In this document: positions 1 to 11,201 of the stretch, one piece after another | How positions within the stretch are numbered: position 1 is the stretch's first letter | Layout of the letters: each line of letters opens with the position of its first letter | Source: Rhodospirillales bacterium | Lineage (GTDB): Bacteria > Pseudomonadota > Alphaproteobacteria > Bin95 | DNA: 64,000 nt | Reading direction: 5' to 3' | Assembly: GCA_038143065.1 (NCBI GenBank) | Contig: JAYQLI010000035.1 | Span: 2,080,894-2,144,893, forward strand | Program-made: the position numbers and the translations under genes | The notes under the pieces: model-generated | What the model saw: only the letters and a program-made list of their open reading frames with translations | Databases searched by the model: none | What the model was told of the DNA's origin: nothing

Positions 1-159
1 GCTGCAACAGCGCCAAGCAGACACATTGATATAAAAATGATCATGTGGGGCATAGAAATATTTCATCCAAGCAAAGGACTTACACAGTAGGCTTTTAATT
101 GTGCTAGCATTCTACATCCAATGTTTCGATAGGTGAAAATTTATTCAGGAGCCGTTGTC

Positions 160-1812
160 ATGAGTGGGTATAATGTTGGGGATTTAGTTGCGGAATTTTT
201 ACAACAAGTGGGCGTTGACACAGTTTTTGGTGTGGTTTCCGTGCATAATATCCCAATGTTGGATGCGATTGGCCGGCGGAATGCGGTGCGTGTGATTGGC
301 GCGCGCGGTGAGATGGGTGCAGGGCACATGGCTGATGCATACGCACGGGCGCGCGGTGGTTTGGGCGCCTTTTTCACCTCAACGGGACCCGGTGCTGCGA
401 ATGCCCCCGGCGCGCTTGTAGAAGCACGGTTCGCTTCTTCACCTATATTACATTTCACCGGACAAACGGCGACCGCTAACCTTGATAAGGAACAAGGTGC
501 GGTGCATGACGTCATGGACCAACTTGGGATGCTTAAAGCTACATCTAAGGCGGCATTCCGCATTAGAGCGCCAGAGATGGCTCTCGGTGTTTTAATGAAG
601 GCAGCCACAGAAGCTTTAAGCCATCCAATGGGGCCTGTGTCCATCGAAATTCCTATCGATGTGCAGCGTGCCCAAATCAGTCGGCCAACTATGCTTGATA
701 ACCTTAAGATAGAAACTCCAAAAGGAGATGCTGGTGATCCTGATAGTTTGGATGTTCTTGCTGAAATGGCATCACAAGCAAAACGCCCTCTCATATGGTG
801 TGGTACTGGAGCTCGACACGCCAGAGAAGCTGTACTTCGCTTAACAGAAATGGGTTTTGGTGTCGTAACGTCTGTTAATGGCAGAGCAGTCATACCAGAA
901 ACGCACCCAATGACCTTGGGAGCGTTCCAAGCAACCCCTGAAGTTGAAAACCTCTATCAAACAGTAGACTTCATGCTAATTGCAGGTGGACGATTAAGAG
1001 GACACGAAACAAGAGATCTAGCTCTTAAGCTGCCGGAGACGCGCGCCCAAATTGATGTAGATCCAGCAGCTTGTGGACGTACATACAGTGTTGAACATTT
1101 TCATGTGGGTGATGCATCCGAAGCACTATCTGCACTGGCCGATCGATTGGAAGGACGAATGAAAGTTGCACCAGACTGGGCGCAAGACCTTTCTACTTGT
1201 CTGAAAGAAACTCGGCATAACTACAGGAAGCAGCTAGGCCCTTATGCTGATTTTCCAGAGATTTTCCGAGATGCCATGCCATCAGATGCTATTTGGGCTC
1301 GCGATGTCACAATGAACAACACCACTTGGGGCAACAGGTGCTTGCAGCTGGAAAATCCAAGCCAGAATATTTATCCGGTTGGTGCTGCCATTGGACCAGG
1401 GTTTCAATTTGGAATTGGTGCGGCTTTCGGTGCGAATGGGCGAAAGACAGTAGCAATAACTGGTGATGGTGGCTTTTATTTAAATATGACGGAGTTATGG
1501 ACTGCGGCACAGGAAAAGCCGGATGTAGCTATAGTCATTTTTAACGATGCAGGGTACGGCGTTATTAAGGATATTCAAGACGCCCTTTATGGAGAACGAC
1601 ACTATTTTGCAGACCCAATCGGACCAGATCTTGAGGGGCTCGCGAAGTTGGCGGGTCTTCCATACTTCCGAGTGTCTTCAGTTAACGAGATGGGCCCACA
1701 GTTGAAGGCAGCTATCGCCACTGAAGGTCCTTCTTTAGTAGAAGTTGAAATGACAAAAATTGGGAAACTGCCCAGATATTATCAGCCGCCACCCTATGCG
1801 GTTAAGAAATAA
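160..1812 (+). CDS. Thiamine pyrophosphate-binding enzyme (acetolactate synthase large subunit-like family)
   Basis: N-terminal VDTVFGV...GEMGAGHMADAYAR...TSTGPG and C-terminal TPP motif GDGGF...IFNDAGYG. The ATG at 160 follows an AGGAG RBS (the ORF track starts at 133). Confidence 0.85.
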   Translation: MSGYNVGDLVAEFLQQVGVDTVFGVVSVHNIPMLDAIGRRNAVRVIGARGEMGAGHMADAYARARGGLGAFFTSTGPGAANAPGALVEARFASSPILHFTGQTATANLDKEQGAVHDVMDQLGMLKATSKAAFRIRAPEMALGVLMKAATEALSHPMGPVSIEIPIDVQRAQISRPTMLDNLKIETPKGDAGDPDSLDVLAEMASQAKRPLIWCGTGARHAREAVLRLTEMGFGVVTSVNGRAVIPETHPMTLGAFQATPEVENLYQTVDFMLIAGGRLRGHETRDLALKLPETRAQIDVDPAACGRTYSVEHFHVGDASEALSALADRLEGRMKVAPDWAQDLSTCLKETRHNYRKQLGPYADFPEIFRDAMPSDAIWARDVTMNNTTWGNRCLQLENPSQNIYPVGAAIGPGFQFGIGAAFGANGRKTVAITGDGGFYLNMTELWTAAQEKPDVAIVIFNDAGYGVIKDIQDALYGERHYFADPIGPDLEGLAKLAGLPYFRVSSVNEMGPQLKAAIATEGPSLVEVEMTKIGKLPRYYQPPPYAVKK

Positions 1813-1882
1813 GCTATTTTCTCGGGGTAATGGAAGGATCAGAGTTAGGGAAACCTATCGCGTTTATTTTTAGCTAATTTCC

Positions 1883-2956
1883 TTATTGTGCTTTGTTCCA
1901 GTGTCCCATTTTGCGGCCTGTTCGCGCTTCAGCTTTCCCGTATAGATGAAGATGAACGTTTGGGTCGGCTAGCAATTTAGGCCATTCATTTACCTCGTCT
2001 CCTAAGATGTTTGTCATTTCTGCTGGTCGTAGGATTTGTGTTGAACCTAAGGGCAAACCCATTGCGCAACGCACCAGTTGCTCAAATTGGCAGGTTGCCG
2101 CGAAATCCATGGTCCAATGGCCCGAATTGTGAGGTCGAGGGGCCATCTCATTCACGATAAGCTGGTGATCGTCCGTAACAAACATTTCGATTGCTAAAAG
2201 GCCTACCATATCGAGCCCCTTGATGGCCTGGGATGCTAGATACTCTGCCTCTTCCGCTAATTTTCCAAGTTCTGCAGCTGGCGCAATGGTTTGTCGAAGT
2301 ATGTGGTTTTCGTGCCTATTCTCTACAGCTGGATAGGATTTGATCTTTCCCATGATATCACGGGCAGTAATTACTGAAATTTCTCTGGTAAAGTTTACAA
2401 ATCCCTCCGCTATGGAGGGCGATTGTCCTAATTCAGCCCAAGCGGATTTTACGTCAGAAGAACTTGTAATCTTGACTTGACCTTTTCCATCATAACCAAA
2501 GCGTCTGGTTTTCAGGATGATCGGAGATCCAAACACCTCTAATGCCTTCGATATATCTTCTGGACCATCAACGGCTTGGAAAGGTGCAGCTTTAAAACCA
2601 ACGCTTTCTAAATATTTCTTTTCTACTAAGCGATCTTGGGCGGTTGCAAGAGCCCGAGAATTCGGTCGGGCAGGCTTCAGCTCGGCGAGTAGAGTTAGAG
2701 CTGCCTCTGGAACGTTTTCAAATTCCACTGTGATGGAGTCAACGTTAGCCGCAAAGGCCTCTAGCGCTTGCTGATCATTATAATCCGCACAGGTAAAGCG
2801 CCAGGCAACATTGGATGCAGGGGAATCTTTTTCTGGAGCGAAGATATGGGCACGGTAGCCTAAATTGGCAGCTGCAAGTGCTGTCATTCTGCCTAATTGC
2901 CCACCGCCGAGAATGCCGAGAATGCTGCCAGGAGGGATCATTTGTTGTACCATCAA
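1883..2956 (-). CDS. purK: N5-carboxyaminoimidazole ribonucleotide synthase
   Basis: [18 protein letters not shown] and [12 protein letters not shown] motifs; overlaps purE. Confidence 0.97.
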   Translation of the reverse strand: MMVQQMIPPGSILGILGGGQLGRMTALAAANLGYRAHIFAPEKDSPASNVAWRFTCADYNDQQALEAFAANVDSITVEFENVPEAALTLLAELKPARPNSRALATAQDRLVEKKYLESVGFKAAPFQAVDGPEDISKALEVFGSPIILKTRRFGYDGKGQVKITSSSDVKSAWAELGQSPSIAEGFVNFTREISVITARDIMGKIKSYPAVENRHENHILRQTIAPAAELGKLAEEAEYLASQAIKGLDMVGLLAIEMFVTDDHQLIVNEMAPRPHNSGHWTMDFAATCQFEQLVRCAMGLPLGSTQILRPAEMTNILGDEVNEWPKLLADPNVHLHLYGKAEARTGRKMGHWNKAQ

Positions 2957-3465
2957 TCTTCTGGCGCCTCAGGCACGTCTTTCGTTTGTTTGGCCCGCCA
3001 GATAGATAAACGCTCAGCAATCCCTGAATCTGTCAGAGCTAGTATAGCGGCGGCAAAAAGGCCAGCATTGGTAGCGCCGGACTCACCTATTGCAAAGGTA
3101 GCCGTTGGAACGCCGGCTGGCATTTGTACAATTGACAGTAAACTATCAACCCCGTTCAGCATCCTGCTAGGGGCTGGCACGCCCAGTACTGGAAGGTCGG
3201 TCATTGCCGCTGCCATGCCGGGAAGATGAGCTGCGCCTCCAGCGCAGGCGATTATTACCTGCAAACCGCGTTCTTGGGCGGAATGGGCATACTCATACAG
3301 TCGATCAGGTGTTCTGTGCGCAGAAACCACTTTCGATTCATGCGGTATATCTAATGTTTGAAGAATTAAAGCTGCTTTACCGATTATTGGCCAATCGCTG
3401 CGACTGCCCATTATGATTCCCACTTTCGGATTCTTTTGCTCAGGCACTAGGGGCTTCTCCCACAT
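2953..3465 (-). CDS. purE: N5-CAIR mutase
   Basis: [23 protein letters not shown] and IVQMPAGVP motifs. Confidence 0.97.
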   Translation of the reverse strand: MWEKPLVPEQKNPKVGIIMGSRSDWPIIGKAALILQTLDIPHESKVVSAHRTPDRLYEYAHSAQERGLQVIIACAGGAAHLPGMAAAMTDLPVLGVPAPSRMLNGVDSLLSIVQMPAGVPTATFAIGESGATNAGLFAAAILALTDSGIAERLSIWRAKQTKDVPEAPED

Positions 3466-3552
3466 AGGGTCACCGAAAGCGCGTCAGTATATGGTTCAAC
3501 CAAACGACCGCAAGCCCAAACGGTGGTACCTTAATTTTGAAATTATTTAAAC

Positions 3553-3792
3553 TTAGGCGATGATGTCTGGCTTTTCGCCTGCCTCTAGTCGATCTATAAA
3601 TTCTTTAAGTTTGAGTTTGCGTTTCTTCAATCTTTGAACCTGTAGCTGATCAAAATGTGCCTGTTCACCCAGGGTTGCGATAGCATAATCGAGATCCCGA
3701 TGCTCTGCCTTCAGGTTCTCAAGCTTTGCAAGGATTTCTGTGTTTTCTGAAGTTTCACTCACGAAACTCTTCTCCCCGTCTCGCAAGCCCAT
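3553..3792 (-). CDS. DUF465/YdcH-family small coiled-coil protein
   Basis: EHRDLD...QRLKKRKLKLK...PDIIA pattern; this family usually lies upstream of purE in Alphaproteobacteria. Confidence 0.85.
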   Translation of the reverse strand: MGLRDGEKSFVSETSENTEILAKLENLKAEHRDLDYAIATLGEQAHFDQLQVQRLKKRKLKLKEFIDRLEAGEKPDIIA

Positions 3793-3884
3793 AATCCGAC
3801 TACAATGGGATTACTAGAATCTCTCGGTACTAAGGCTAAACTATACACTGTTTTATCCAAACTACCCATGGAAACCCCTGAGCT

Positions 3885-4358
3885 GTGAAAGAAAATTCAG
3901 AAACAGATGGAGCAGCTTTTTGGGAACATGCACTGAATTTTTACAATCAACCCGGGGCAAAGGAAGTATTGCTTGACTACCAAGATAGACTTGAAGTGGA
4001 TGTTATGGCGTCACTTTGGGCTTTGTCAGCTGCGGTCGAGGGGCGGTCTTTAAACGCAGGAGATGTTAATGAATTCTTTGAATTAACAAACAAAGCCCGA
4101 ATGGAGGCTTCCCGGCTTCGTAAACTTCGGAGGAAGGCCAAGTCTGATGATTGTCCAGAATACCAGCGCCTCCAAATACAGGAGTTGGCAGCGGAGCGAG
4201 CCGTTGCTTCATCAGCACCTCCAATCAATTCTGTAGGGAAGGCGGATATTTTTGAAGAAAATCTTGGATTTAGAAATTTAAAGCTAACGCTTGCGATAAG
4301 TGCTCCAAAAGTTACCCACGCTGAAATTTGGAAGTTAACTAAGATCATTATCGGCTAG
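3885..4358 (+). CDS. TIGR02444/DUF2390-family protein
   Basis: FWEHALNFY..PG....LL..QD...DV N-terminus and ELAAER near the C-terminus. Confidence 0.7.
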   Translation: MKENSETDGAAFWEHALNFYNQPGAKEVLLDYQDRLEVDVMASLWALSAAVEGRSLNAGDVNEFFELTNKARMEASRLRKLRRKAKSDDCPEYQRLQIQELAAERAVASSAPPINSVGKADIFEENLGFRNLKLTLAISAPKVTHAEIWKLTKIIIG

Positions 4359-4550
4359 TGCTATTAGTAGGCGTCTAACCGATACCTGTTTTTTTAAATT
4401 TTACTGACTTCTGCTCTTTCCGTAGACCGGGTTTTATGTTTTGGGTGATGGCAACCGATGTGGTATCGAAACAAAAATTCTAATGAATATTTGGCGATGC
4501 TGCGCCGGTTAGCATTTATCTGGAAGCTGTAACATCTGAGGTCATATTTT

Positions 4551-5138
4551 ATGCTTGCCGAAAATGATAAGAAAACAAAAGCATGGCTTAAACCAGCTGC
4601 TGATTATGGCCCGCTAATTGCGTTTTTCACGGGCTATATGCTCTATGGTCATGACCTGATGATAGCCACTATTTGGTTGATGGTAGCAACCGCTGTTGCA
4701 GTGATTGTGTTGCTTGTTGTCGAGCGTCGTATCCCAGTTATGCCACTAGTAACTGCGGCCATCGTAGGTGTTTTTGGAGGGCTAACGCTCTGGCTACAAG
4801 ATGAAACCTTTATCAAAATGAAGCCCACAATTGTGCAACTTATCTTCGCGTCTATCCTCCTTGGTGGACTCGCTTTCAAAAAACTTTTGTTAAAGCCATT
4901 ATTTGGAGCCGCTTGGAAAATGAGGGATCCTGCATGGCGGTCAATAACTATTAGATATGGGATGTTTTTTATAGCAGCTGCCATACTCAATGAAATTGTA
5001 TGGAGAACGCAGTCAACTGATTTTTGGGTTAATTTCAAGTTATTTGGATTGATTGGATTGACTTTGTTATTCTCACTTTCTCAAACGCCTTTAATTCTTA
5101 GAGAGGCGAAAGCAGCAGAAGCCGAGAAAGACACTTAG
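4551..5138 (+). CDS. yciB: Inner-membrane protein YciB (intracellular septation protein A)
   Basis: PLIAFF, FGGLTL...DETFIKMKPT and WVNFKLFG motifs. Confidence 0.93.
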   Translation: MLAENDKKTKAWLKPAADYGPLIAFFTGYMLYGHDLMIATIWLMVATAVAVIVLLVVERRIPVMPLVTAAIVGVFGGLTLWLQDETFIKMKPTIVQLIFASILLGGLAFKKLLLKPLFGAAWKMRDPAWRSITIRYGMFFIAAAILNEIVWRTQSTDFWVNFKLFGLIGLTLLFSLSQTPLILREAKAAEAEKDT

Positions 5139-5196
5139 ATCCATATGTTTCCTGGCGGTGTAAAAACGCCTCACTTCTAGAAAGAGACGCGGCCCT

Positions 5197-6863
5197 ATGC
5201 CTGAACTCGAGTTACCGAAGGACGATTTCGTCCGTGACATCATTCGTAATGATTTATCTAAAGGTTCCCACCAGGCTGTTATTACCAGGTTCCCACCAGA
5301 GCCAAACGGCTACTTGCATATTGGGCATGCTAAATCCATTTGTCTGAATTTTGGCGTTGCAAAAGAATTTGGGGCCACTGCCATTTGCGTTTTGATGACA
5401 CTAACCCCGCAAAAGAAGAGCAAGAGTTTATTGACTCGATTAAAGAAGATGTCAGCTGGCTGGGCTTCGACTGGGGTGAGAATTTGTTCCATGCCTCAGA
5501 CTACTTCGAACAGCTTTATATATGGGCTGAAAGTCTCATCAACAATGGACTGGCATATGTATGTGATTTAAGTGCTGAGGAGATGAGAGAGTATCGCGGA
5601 ACCCTGACTGAATCTGGGCGCGAGAGTCCATATCGAAATCGCTCTGTTGATGAAAATTTAAGCCTTTTTCGCAAGATGCGAGCGGGTGGTTTCCCGGAAG
5701 GCTCCAAGACGTTGCGTGCCAAAATTGATATGGCATCAGGCAATATGAACTTGCGCGACCCCGCCTTATACAGAATTAAACATGCTGCTCATCCTCGAAC
5801 AGGAAGTACGTGGAAAATTTATCCAACATATGACTATGCCCATGGCCAATCTGATGCGATTGAGGGCATTACTCACTCACTGTGTACGTTAGAGTTTGCT
5901 GACCACCGCCCCCTTTATGACTGGCTCATCGAACATTTAACGGTTCCAGCGCGTCCTCGCCAATACGAATTTGCAAGGCTAAATTTAACACACACAGTCT
6001 TATCAAAACGTGTGCTTATGCGCCTAGTCTCAGAGGGTCATGTAACAGGTTGGGATGATCCTCGGATGCCAACAATCCGTGGCATGCGTCGTCGCGGCGT
6101 CCCGCCAGAGGCTCTTAAAGATTTTATTGGAAGGCTAGCGATATCCAAAAGTGATAGCACGATTGAGATGCAGATGCTGGATCACTCAATTCGTGAACAC
6201 CTCAATGAGCACGCTGAGCGAAGGATGGCGGTTTTGAAGCCCTTAAAACTCACCATTCGTAACTGGCCAGAAGGTCAAACAGAAATGATTGAGGTGCCAA
6301 ATCACCCAGGAAGACCTGAGCTCGGCACACGAAAAATCCCATTTTCAGGGAGCCTTTGGATTGAAGTGGACGATTTTATGGAGGATCCACCGAGAAAGTT
6401 CTTCCGCCTTGGCCCTGGGCGTGAGGTGAGGCTTCGTTTTGCTTATTTAGTTACTTGTGAAGACTTCATTAAAAACGAATCCGGTGAGGTAACGGAAATA
6501 ATCTGCACTTATGATCCGGAAACTGCTGGTGGAAATGCACCTGATGGTCGAAAGGTCAAAGGAATTATCCATTGGGTATCAGCAGTTCATGCACTTGAAG
6601 CTGAAGTCTTGTTGACTAATCAGCTTTTCAAATCAGAAAATCCATCTGCTGGTGGGGATCCAATTGAAGATATCGACGCTAATTCGTTGGAAGCTATAAA
6701 AGGAGTGAAGTTAGAGCCAGAGCTAGCTTCGGCCTCGGCGGGGTATCCGGTGCAATTTGAGCGGCTTGGTTATTTCAATAGAGACCCTGCGCAATCGCAA
6801 TTAGCTTTTATTCGCACAATTGGACTGCGCGACAGTTGGGCTAAGGCCCAAACGAAGGGATAA
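5197..6863 (+). CDS. glnS: Glutamine--tRNA ligase; one apparent frameshift at about 5371-5375 (G run one base short)
   Basis: [17 protein letters not shown] in frame 1 continues as [22 protein letters not shown] and QFERLGYF in another frame. Adding one G restores [12 protein letters not shown]. Confidence 0.92.
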
Positions 6864-7653
6864 TCCAACGTTCGAGAGCCTTACAGTTCAGCCGTTTGCC
6901 GACACCGAGAATTGGGCCTTAGCGCTTACCCTAGCCGCGTATTTTTTGGGCTTCCTGGTTCGTGGTGCTTTTGGTTTTGGGTCTAACTTACCAATAATTA
7001 TCCTTACCGCTTGGCTTCTTGGTCCGCACCATGCAGTGATTTTGGTGGTTTTGACGGGAATGATGGCGCAACTATATCTGTTCCCTCAGGGGTGCCGTAC
7101 TGCTAATTGGCCCTTAGCTTTAAAGCTAACCATAGGCATTTATCTTGGGATTGCTCTTGGCACTTATGCGTTTGTTACACTCGACCCAAAAGTTTTTACA
7201 CCAGTCCTTGGCACCTTAGTAATAATTTTGGTTGCGATGGACCGGCTTAATGCTATTCAACATCTCTCAAAATTTATTGACCTCACAAGCCGGCCTGTGA
7301 CTCTAGCCCTCTCAGTCACAGGAGGTTTTGTTGGTACTGTCTCTGGCGGGGGGGGAATTTACTTCCTTGCGCCATTCCTTCGCCATATGTGCCCTACACC
7401 AATTGGTTTTAGGTCAACTAACCTCGTGATTTCGGGAATTTTTCTAGCAGGCAGAACAACATTCATAGCGATCGCAGGCTTAATTGATTTAACGTCAACA
7501 ATAGAAGCGTTACTTTTAATGCCCGTTGCGTTTGCTGGAGGATGGGCAGGAGGGCGCTGGTTCTCACGCTTAAATTCAGACAAGTTCTTTCGTTTGCTGT
7601 CGTTTTTACTGGTAGCCGGTGCGCTCTCACTTATTTTTAGAAATTTCCTTTGA
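6820..7653 (+). CDS. Sulfite exporter TauE/SafE family membrane protein
   Basis: Hydrophobic multi-TM protein with GAFGFG and SGGGG repeat motifs; start codon uncertain. Confidence 0.8.
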   Translation: MDCATVGLRPKRRDNPTFESLTVQPFADTENWALALTLAAYFLGFLVRGAFGFGSNLPIIILTAWLLGPHHAVILVVLTGMMAQLYLFPQGCRTANWPLALKLTIGIYLGIALGTYAFVTLDPKVFTPVLGTLVIILVAMDRLNAIQHLSKFIDLTSRPVTLALSVTGGFVGTVSGGGGIYFLAPFLRHMCPTPIGFRSTNLVISGIFLAGRTTFIAIAGLIDLTSTIEALLLMPVAFAGGWAGGRWFSRLNSDKFFRLLSFLLVAGALSLIFRNFL

Positions 7654-7656
7654 CCC

Positions 7657-9099
7657 CTATTCAAATGGGTTGAAGGGGCCTGGAAATATGCCTCGGGGTT
7701 TTATGAATTCGTAAGGGTCTCTTGCTAAGAAACGACCACGCCCTGGTGTCGCTTTGAATTCTCCATCGTCCCAAAGCACTTCGCCCCGTGAAATCGTTGT
7801 TGTTGGCCAGCCAGTTATGGTCATGCCTTCGTAAGGTGTATAATTGACGTCATGGTGTAGGTTTTCCTGCTTTATCGTAACCTTTGCATCAGGATCCCAA
7901 ATAGCAATATCTGCGTCTTTGCCTGGAGCAATATCGCCCTTGTTCTTTAAGCCAAAAAGCCGCGCAGGATTGCGTGATGAGATGGCGGCAAAAGTCTCTA
8001 AATCTATTCGGCCCTCAACCACGCCTTTTGAGAAGAGAATAGGTAGCCTTGTTTCTAATCCAGGCACTCCATTTGGCATTCTGGTAAATGGAGTATTTGG
8101 TCCATCAGGCAACTTTTCCCCCTCAATTTCTCCAAAATTGGAAGGCGCATGATCTGATGAAACAATATCTAAGACACCAGATTTTATATATCCCCAAAGT
8201 TTATCATGCTCTTCAGTTGAACGCGGTGCAGGGGAGCAGACCCACTTTGCTCCTTCGCCATTTGGCTTATCCAGATCATCAGAAGTTAGGGTTAAATACT
8301 GAGTGCAGGTCTCTCCCCAAATTTTTAAACCACGAGCCTGCGCCCTCCGAATTTCTTCGGCCGCTTCGCCGCAAGTTACGTGAAATATCTGGACAGGTTG
8401 ATCCATTAGCTCGGCCATAGCTGCCACTCGATGCACAGCTTCCCGTTCTACGACTGGAGGTTTTGACCAACAATGATGTTTAGCTTCTGTTAGCCCTTTT
8501 GCTGTGAGCTGCTCCATCATCCACATGATCATATCGTGGTGTTCCGCATGGATCACCATGAAGGCCTGATTTTTCCGAGCTAAAGCCATAAGATTCAGTA
8601 AGCCGGTATCGTCAACGCGGTTTGATGGATAGGTCATAAAGACTTTGATGGTGCGATGACCTTGCGCGATTAGGCTCGGCAATGCGTCTAATGTTTCTTG
8701 ATCGGCCCGATTTACAATTAAATGAAAAGAGTAGTCGCAGGTGGCCCCACGTTCGGCTCTAGCGTGATAGTCAGCAGTCGATGTTGTTATGTGCGTGGAT
8801 TTGAATTGAGGGGCAAAGCAGATAACTGAAGTGGTTCCACCGCATATTGCAGCGCGAGTTCCTGATAGGAATGTATCAGCATTGACCCCTCCAGTGGAAC
8901 TCGGTTGTTCGATATGACAGTGACTATCAACGCCACCCGGAAAGACGATGCGTCTTTTAGCATCAATTTCGCGTGCGCCCTTTGATAGGTTTTTACCTAC
9001 TGCAACAACCTGCTCTCCAGCGATACCTACATCACCTTCAAATACTCCACTAGCTGTTGCAACAGTTCCGCTTCGGATCACAACATCAAAGTCAGCCAT
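7657..9099 (-). CDS. hydA: Dihydropyrimidinase / D-hydantoinase
   Basis: PGGVDSHCH, IKVFMTY, HAE, ETCTQYL, SDHAP and NGVPGLETR motifs; ATG at 9099 follows GGAGA. Confidence 0.88.
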   Translation of the reverse strand: MADFDVVIRSGTVATASGVFEGDVGIAGEQVVAVGKNLSKGAREIDAKRRIVFPGGVDSHCHIEQPSSTGGVNADTFLSGTRAAICGGTTSVICFAPQFKSTHITTSTADYHARAERGATCDYSFHLIVNRADQETLDALPSLIAQGHRTIKVFMTYPSNRVDDTGLLNLMALARKNQAFMVIHAEHHDMIMWMMEQLTAKGLTEAKHHCWSKPPVVEREAVHRVAAMAELMDQPVQIFHVTCGEAAEEIRRAQARGLKIWGETCTQYLTLTSDDLDKPNGEGAKWVCSPAPRSTEEHDKLWGYIKSGVLDIVSSDHAPSNFGEIEGEKLPDGPNTPFTRMPNGVPGLETRLPILFSKGVVEGRIDLETFAAISSRNPARLFGLKNKGDIAPGKDADIAIWDPDAKVTIKQENLHHDVNYTPYEGMTITGWPTTTISRGEVLWDDGEFKATPGRGRFLARDPYEFIKPRGIFPGPFNPFE

Positions 9100-9211
9100 G
9101 GGTCCATCTCCCGCTTTGCTTTTTCTTTCTGTCTGAAGATTAAAGGGAAAACACAAGCTCTGAAAATGTTTTTGCGTCTAAGTTAGGAATTTCACTTGGG
9201 CCTTTAATCGA

Positions 9212-10180
9212 TCAATAAAAAAGTGTCTTAGGATCCATACCCGAATACAGGCCAGCAACCTCTTCCGCATAACCGTTATAAAGCAAGGTGGGAATTCTCT
9301 CATTCTGACCAAGGGGTTTTTCGGTTGCTTGGCTCCACCGGGGGTGATCTACCTTTGGATTAACATTCGCATAAAAGCCATATTCTCGGCTTTGAAGTTG
9401 CTCCCAAAAACTCTTTGGCTGTTTGTCTGTGAAGGTAAACTGGACAATCGATTTGATTGACTTGAAGCCATACTTCCAAGGTATTGCCAAGCGCAAAGGT
9501 GCACCCATCTGTTTAACTAGAGGCTTTCCATAAATCCCTGTAACTATGAATGCTAGGTCATTAGTTGCTTCGTCGAGTCGTAAACCCTCGAGGTAGGGCC
9601 AAGGATACCAACGTTGCCGTTGCCCTCTAGCAACATCTGGTTTTGTAAAACATCGCATTTCTAGAAACTTCGCTCCAGCTTGAGGCTGAGCGAGTTTGAC
9701 CAAATCTTTGAGTGGAAATCCGCTCCATGGGACAGCCATCGACCATGCCTCTACACATCGGTGACGGTAGAGCCGCTCTTCTATGGGCATTTTCCGAATG
9801 AGATCTTCTGCATCAAGCTCTATGGGATTGGAAACCATACCGTCGATTTTAACTAACCACGGCTTTACCGATAGTTTCTGAGCTCGTTGCCAAATATCTT
9901 TGTGAGATCCAAATTCGTAAAAGTTATTGTAAGTTAACACGTCACGGCGCGGTGATAGTTTGCGATCGAGAGAATATGCTAGATTCTGTTTTGCAGGGTA
10001 TAACTCGGTGGCAACGTCAGGGCTATCATCAAAGTTTGCGGCACGGGCATTAGACGGCATACCAGCGGCTAGAATTCCAATTCCAGTAGTCCCGAGGAGT
10101 TGGCGCCTACTCATAAATATCGTTTCGGGCGTAGCGTCGCGTTCAGGAATTGCCCCTCGTGGGGTTTGGCGAATGAGCAT
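9212..10180 (-). CDS. msrP: Protein-methionine-sulfoxide reductase catalytic subunit (periplasmic molybdoenzyme)
   Basis: Tat motif SRRQLL, YNNFYEFG, RHRCVEAWS, PWKYGFKSIKSI and HPRWSQ. Confidence 0.95.
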   Translation of the reverse strand: MLIRQTPRGAIPERDATPETIFMSRRQLLGTTGIGILAAGMPSNARAANFDDSPDVATELYPAKQNLAYSLDRKLSPRRDVLTYNNFYEFGSHKDIWQRAQKLSVKPWLVKIDGMVSNPIELDAEDLIRKMPIEERLYRHRCVEAWSMAVPWSGFPLKDLVKLAQPQAGAKFLEMRCFTKPDVARGQRQRWYPWPYLEGLRLDEATNDLAFIVTGIYGKPLVKQMGAPLRLAIPWKYGFKSIKSIVQFTFTDKQPKSFWEQLQSREYGFYANVNPKVDHPRWSQATEKPLGQNERIPTLLYNGYAEEVAGLYSGMDPKTLFY

Positions 10181-10273
10181 GCGAATGCCTCCTTGAGATT
10201 GCTTCTTTGATAAGATTCTAGGAAGCTTTCGCATGAAAGGCCAACAGTTGGAAAAAAATTAGAGGACCCAGAC

Positions 10274-11083
10274 ATGAGCCCCAACCCAGATAAGGTAGCA
10301 GTGGAAATAGATTCTCAAGGTGTTGCTTGGGTAACTCTTAATGAACCAGCTGTCAGAAATGCACTATCTCCAGAGCTGCGGGCACAGTTTTGCGAGCGTA
10401 TTCCGCAGCTAGAATTTAATTCTGCAGTGCGCTGCGTGGTTTTGCAGGGGGCAGGTGATCATTTTATGGCTGGTGGAGACATCCGGGTAATGAAAGAACG
10501 CTTGGAGTGGTCCAAGGAGGAGAGATCTCAGCACATCATTGCGGGCCTCCATGATATCAATCATGCAATATTCGCCCTTCGCCGAATGCCAAAGCCTGTA
10601 GTTGTTAGTGTTAGAGGCGCAGCGGCGGGATTTGGCTTAAGCTTGGTTGGCGCTGCAGATTTGGCGATTGCGGCAGACGATGCATTTTTCACCCTTGCCT
10701 ACTGTCATATTGGCGCAAGTCCTGACGGAGGAGCTTCTTACTTTTTAGGCCGCACGCTTGGAATGAAACAGCAGATGGAGCTCGCTTTTCTTGGTGAGCG
10801 CTTTGAGGCTAACAAGGCTAAAGAGTTAGGCATTGTGAACTGGGTGGTGCCATCCGTCGATTTGAAATTTGAAACAGAAAAACTTGCTTCTCGACTTGCA
10901 AGTGGTCCTACACGTGCATACGCCAATGCCAAGGCTCTGTTCAATGCAAGCAACCATCTGTCTATGGAAAGTCATCTACAGATGGAGGCAGAGAGGATAG
11001 CTGACAGCATGGCCTCCGAGGATCATGCAGAGGGCGTTAGCGCATTTTTGGGGAAGCGACAGGCTAATTTTAAAGGAAAGTAA
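10274..11083 (+). CDS. Enoyl-CoA hydratase/isomerase (crotonase family)
   Basis: FMAGGDI, AAGFG and IGASPDGG motifs; C-terminal EGVSAFLGKR. Confidence 0.9.
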   Translation: MSPNPDKVAVEIDSQGVAWVTLNEPAVRNALSPELRAQFCERIPQLEFNSAVRCVVLQGAGDHFMAGGDIRVMKERLEWSKEERSQHIIAGLHDINHAIFALRRMPKPVVVSVRGAAAGFGLSLVGAADLAIAADDAFFTLAYCHIGASPDGGASYFLGRTLGMKQQMELAFLGERFEANKAKELGIVNWVVPSVDLKFETEKLASRLASGPTRAYANAKALFNASNHLSMESHLQMEAERIADSMASEDHAEGVSAFLGKRQANFKGK

Positions 11084-11201
11084 ACAGTACTTAGCCCCAA
11101 ATTTCAAAGGTGGATGTAAGCGATCAATCAGACATTATCCTAATTCTCTGCTGCATCTCAGCAAAGCAGCTAATCTTATTCGATGTTGGCTTACCTGGCT
11201 G

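Noticed and set aside
1-53. Possible start of a minus-strand gene (MPHMIIFISMCLLGAVA...)
   Set aside because: Only 17 codons are visible before the window edge, so it cannot be assigned.
141-893. 250-aa antisense ORF
   Set aside because: Shadow frame of the TPP-enzyme gene, with no recognisable motifs.
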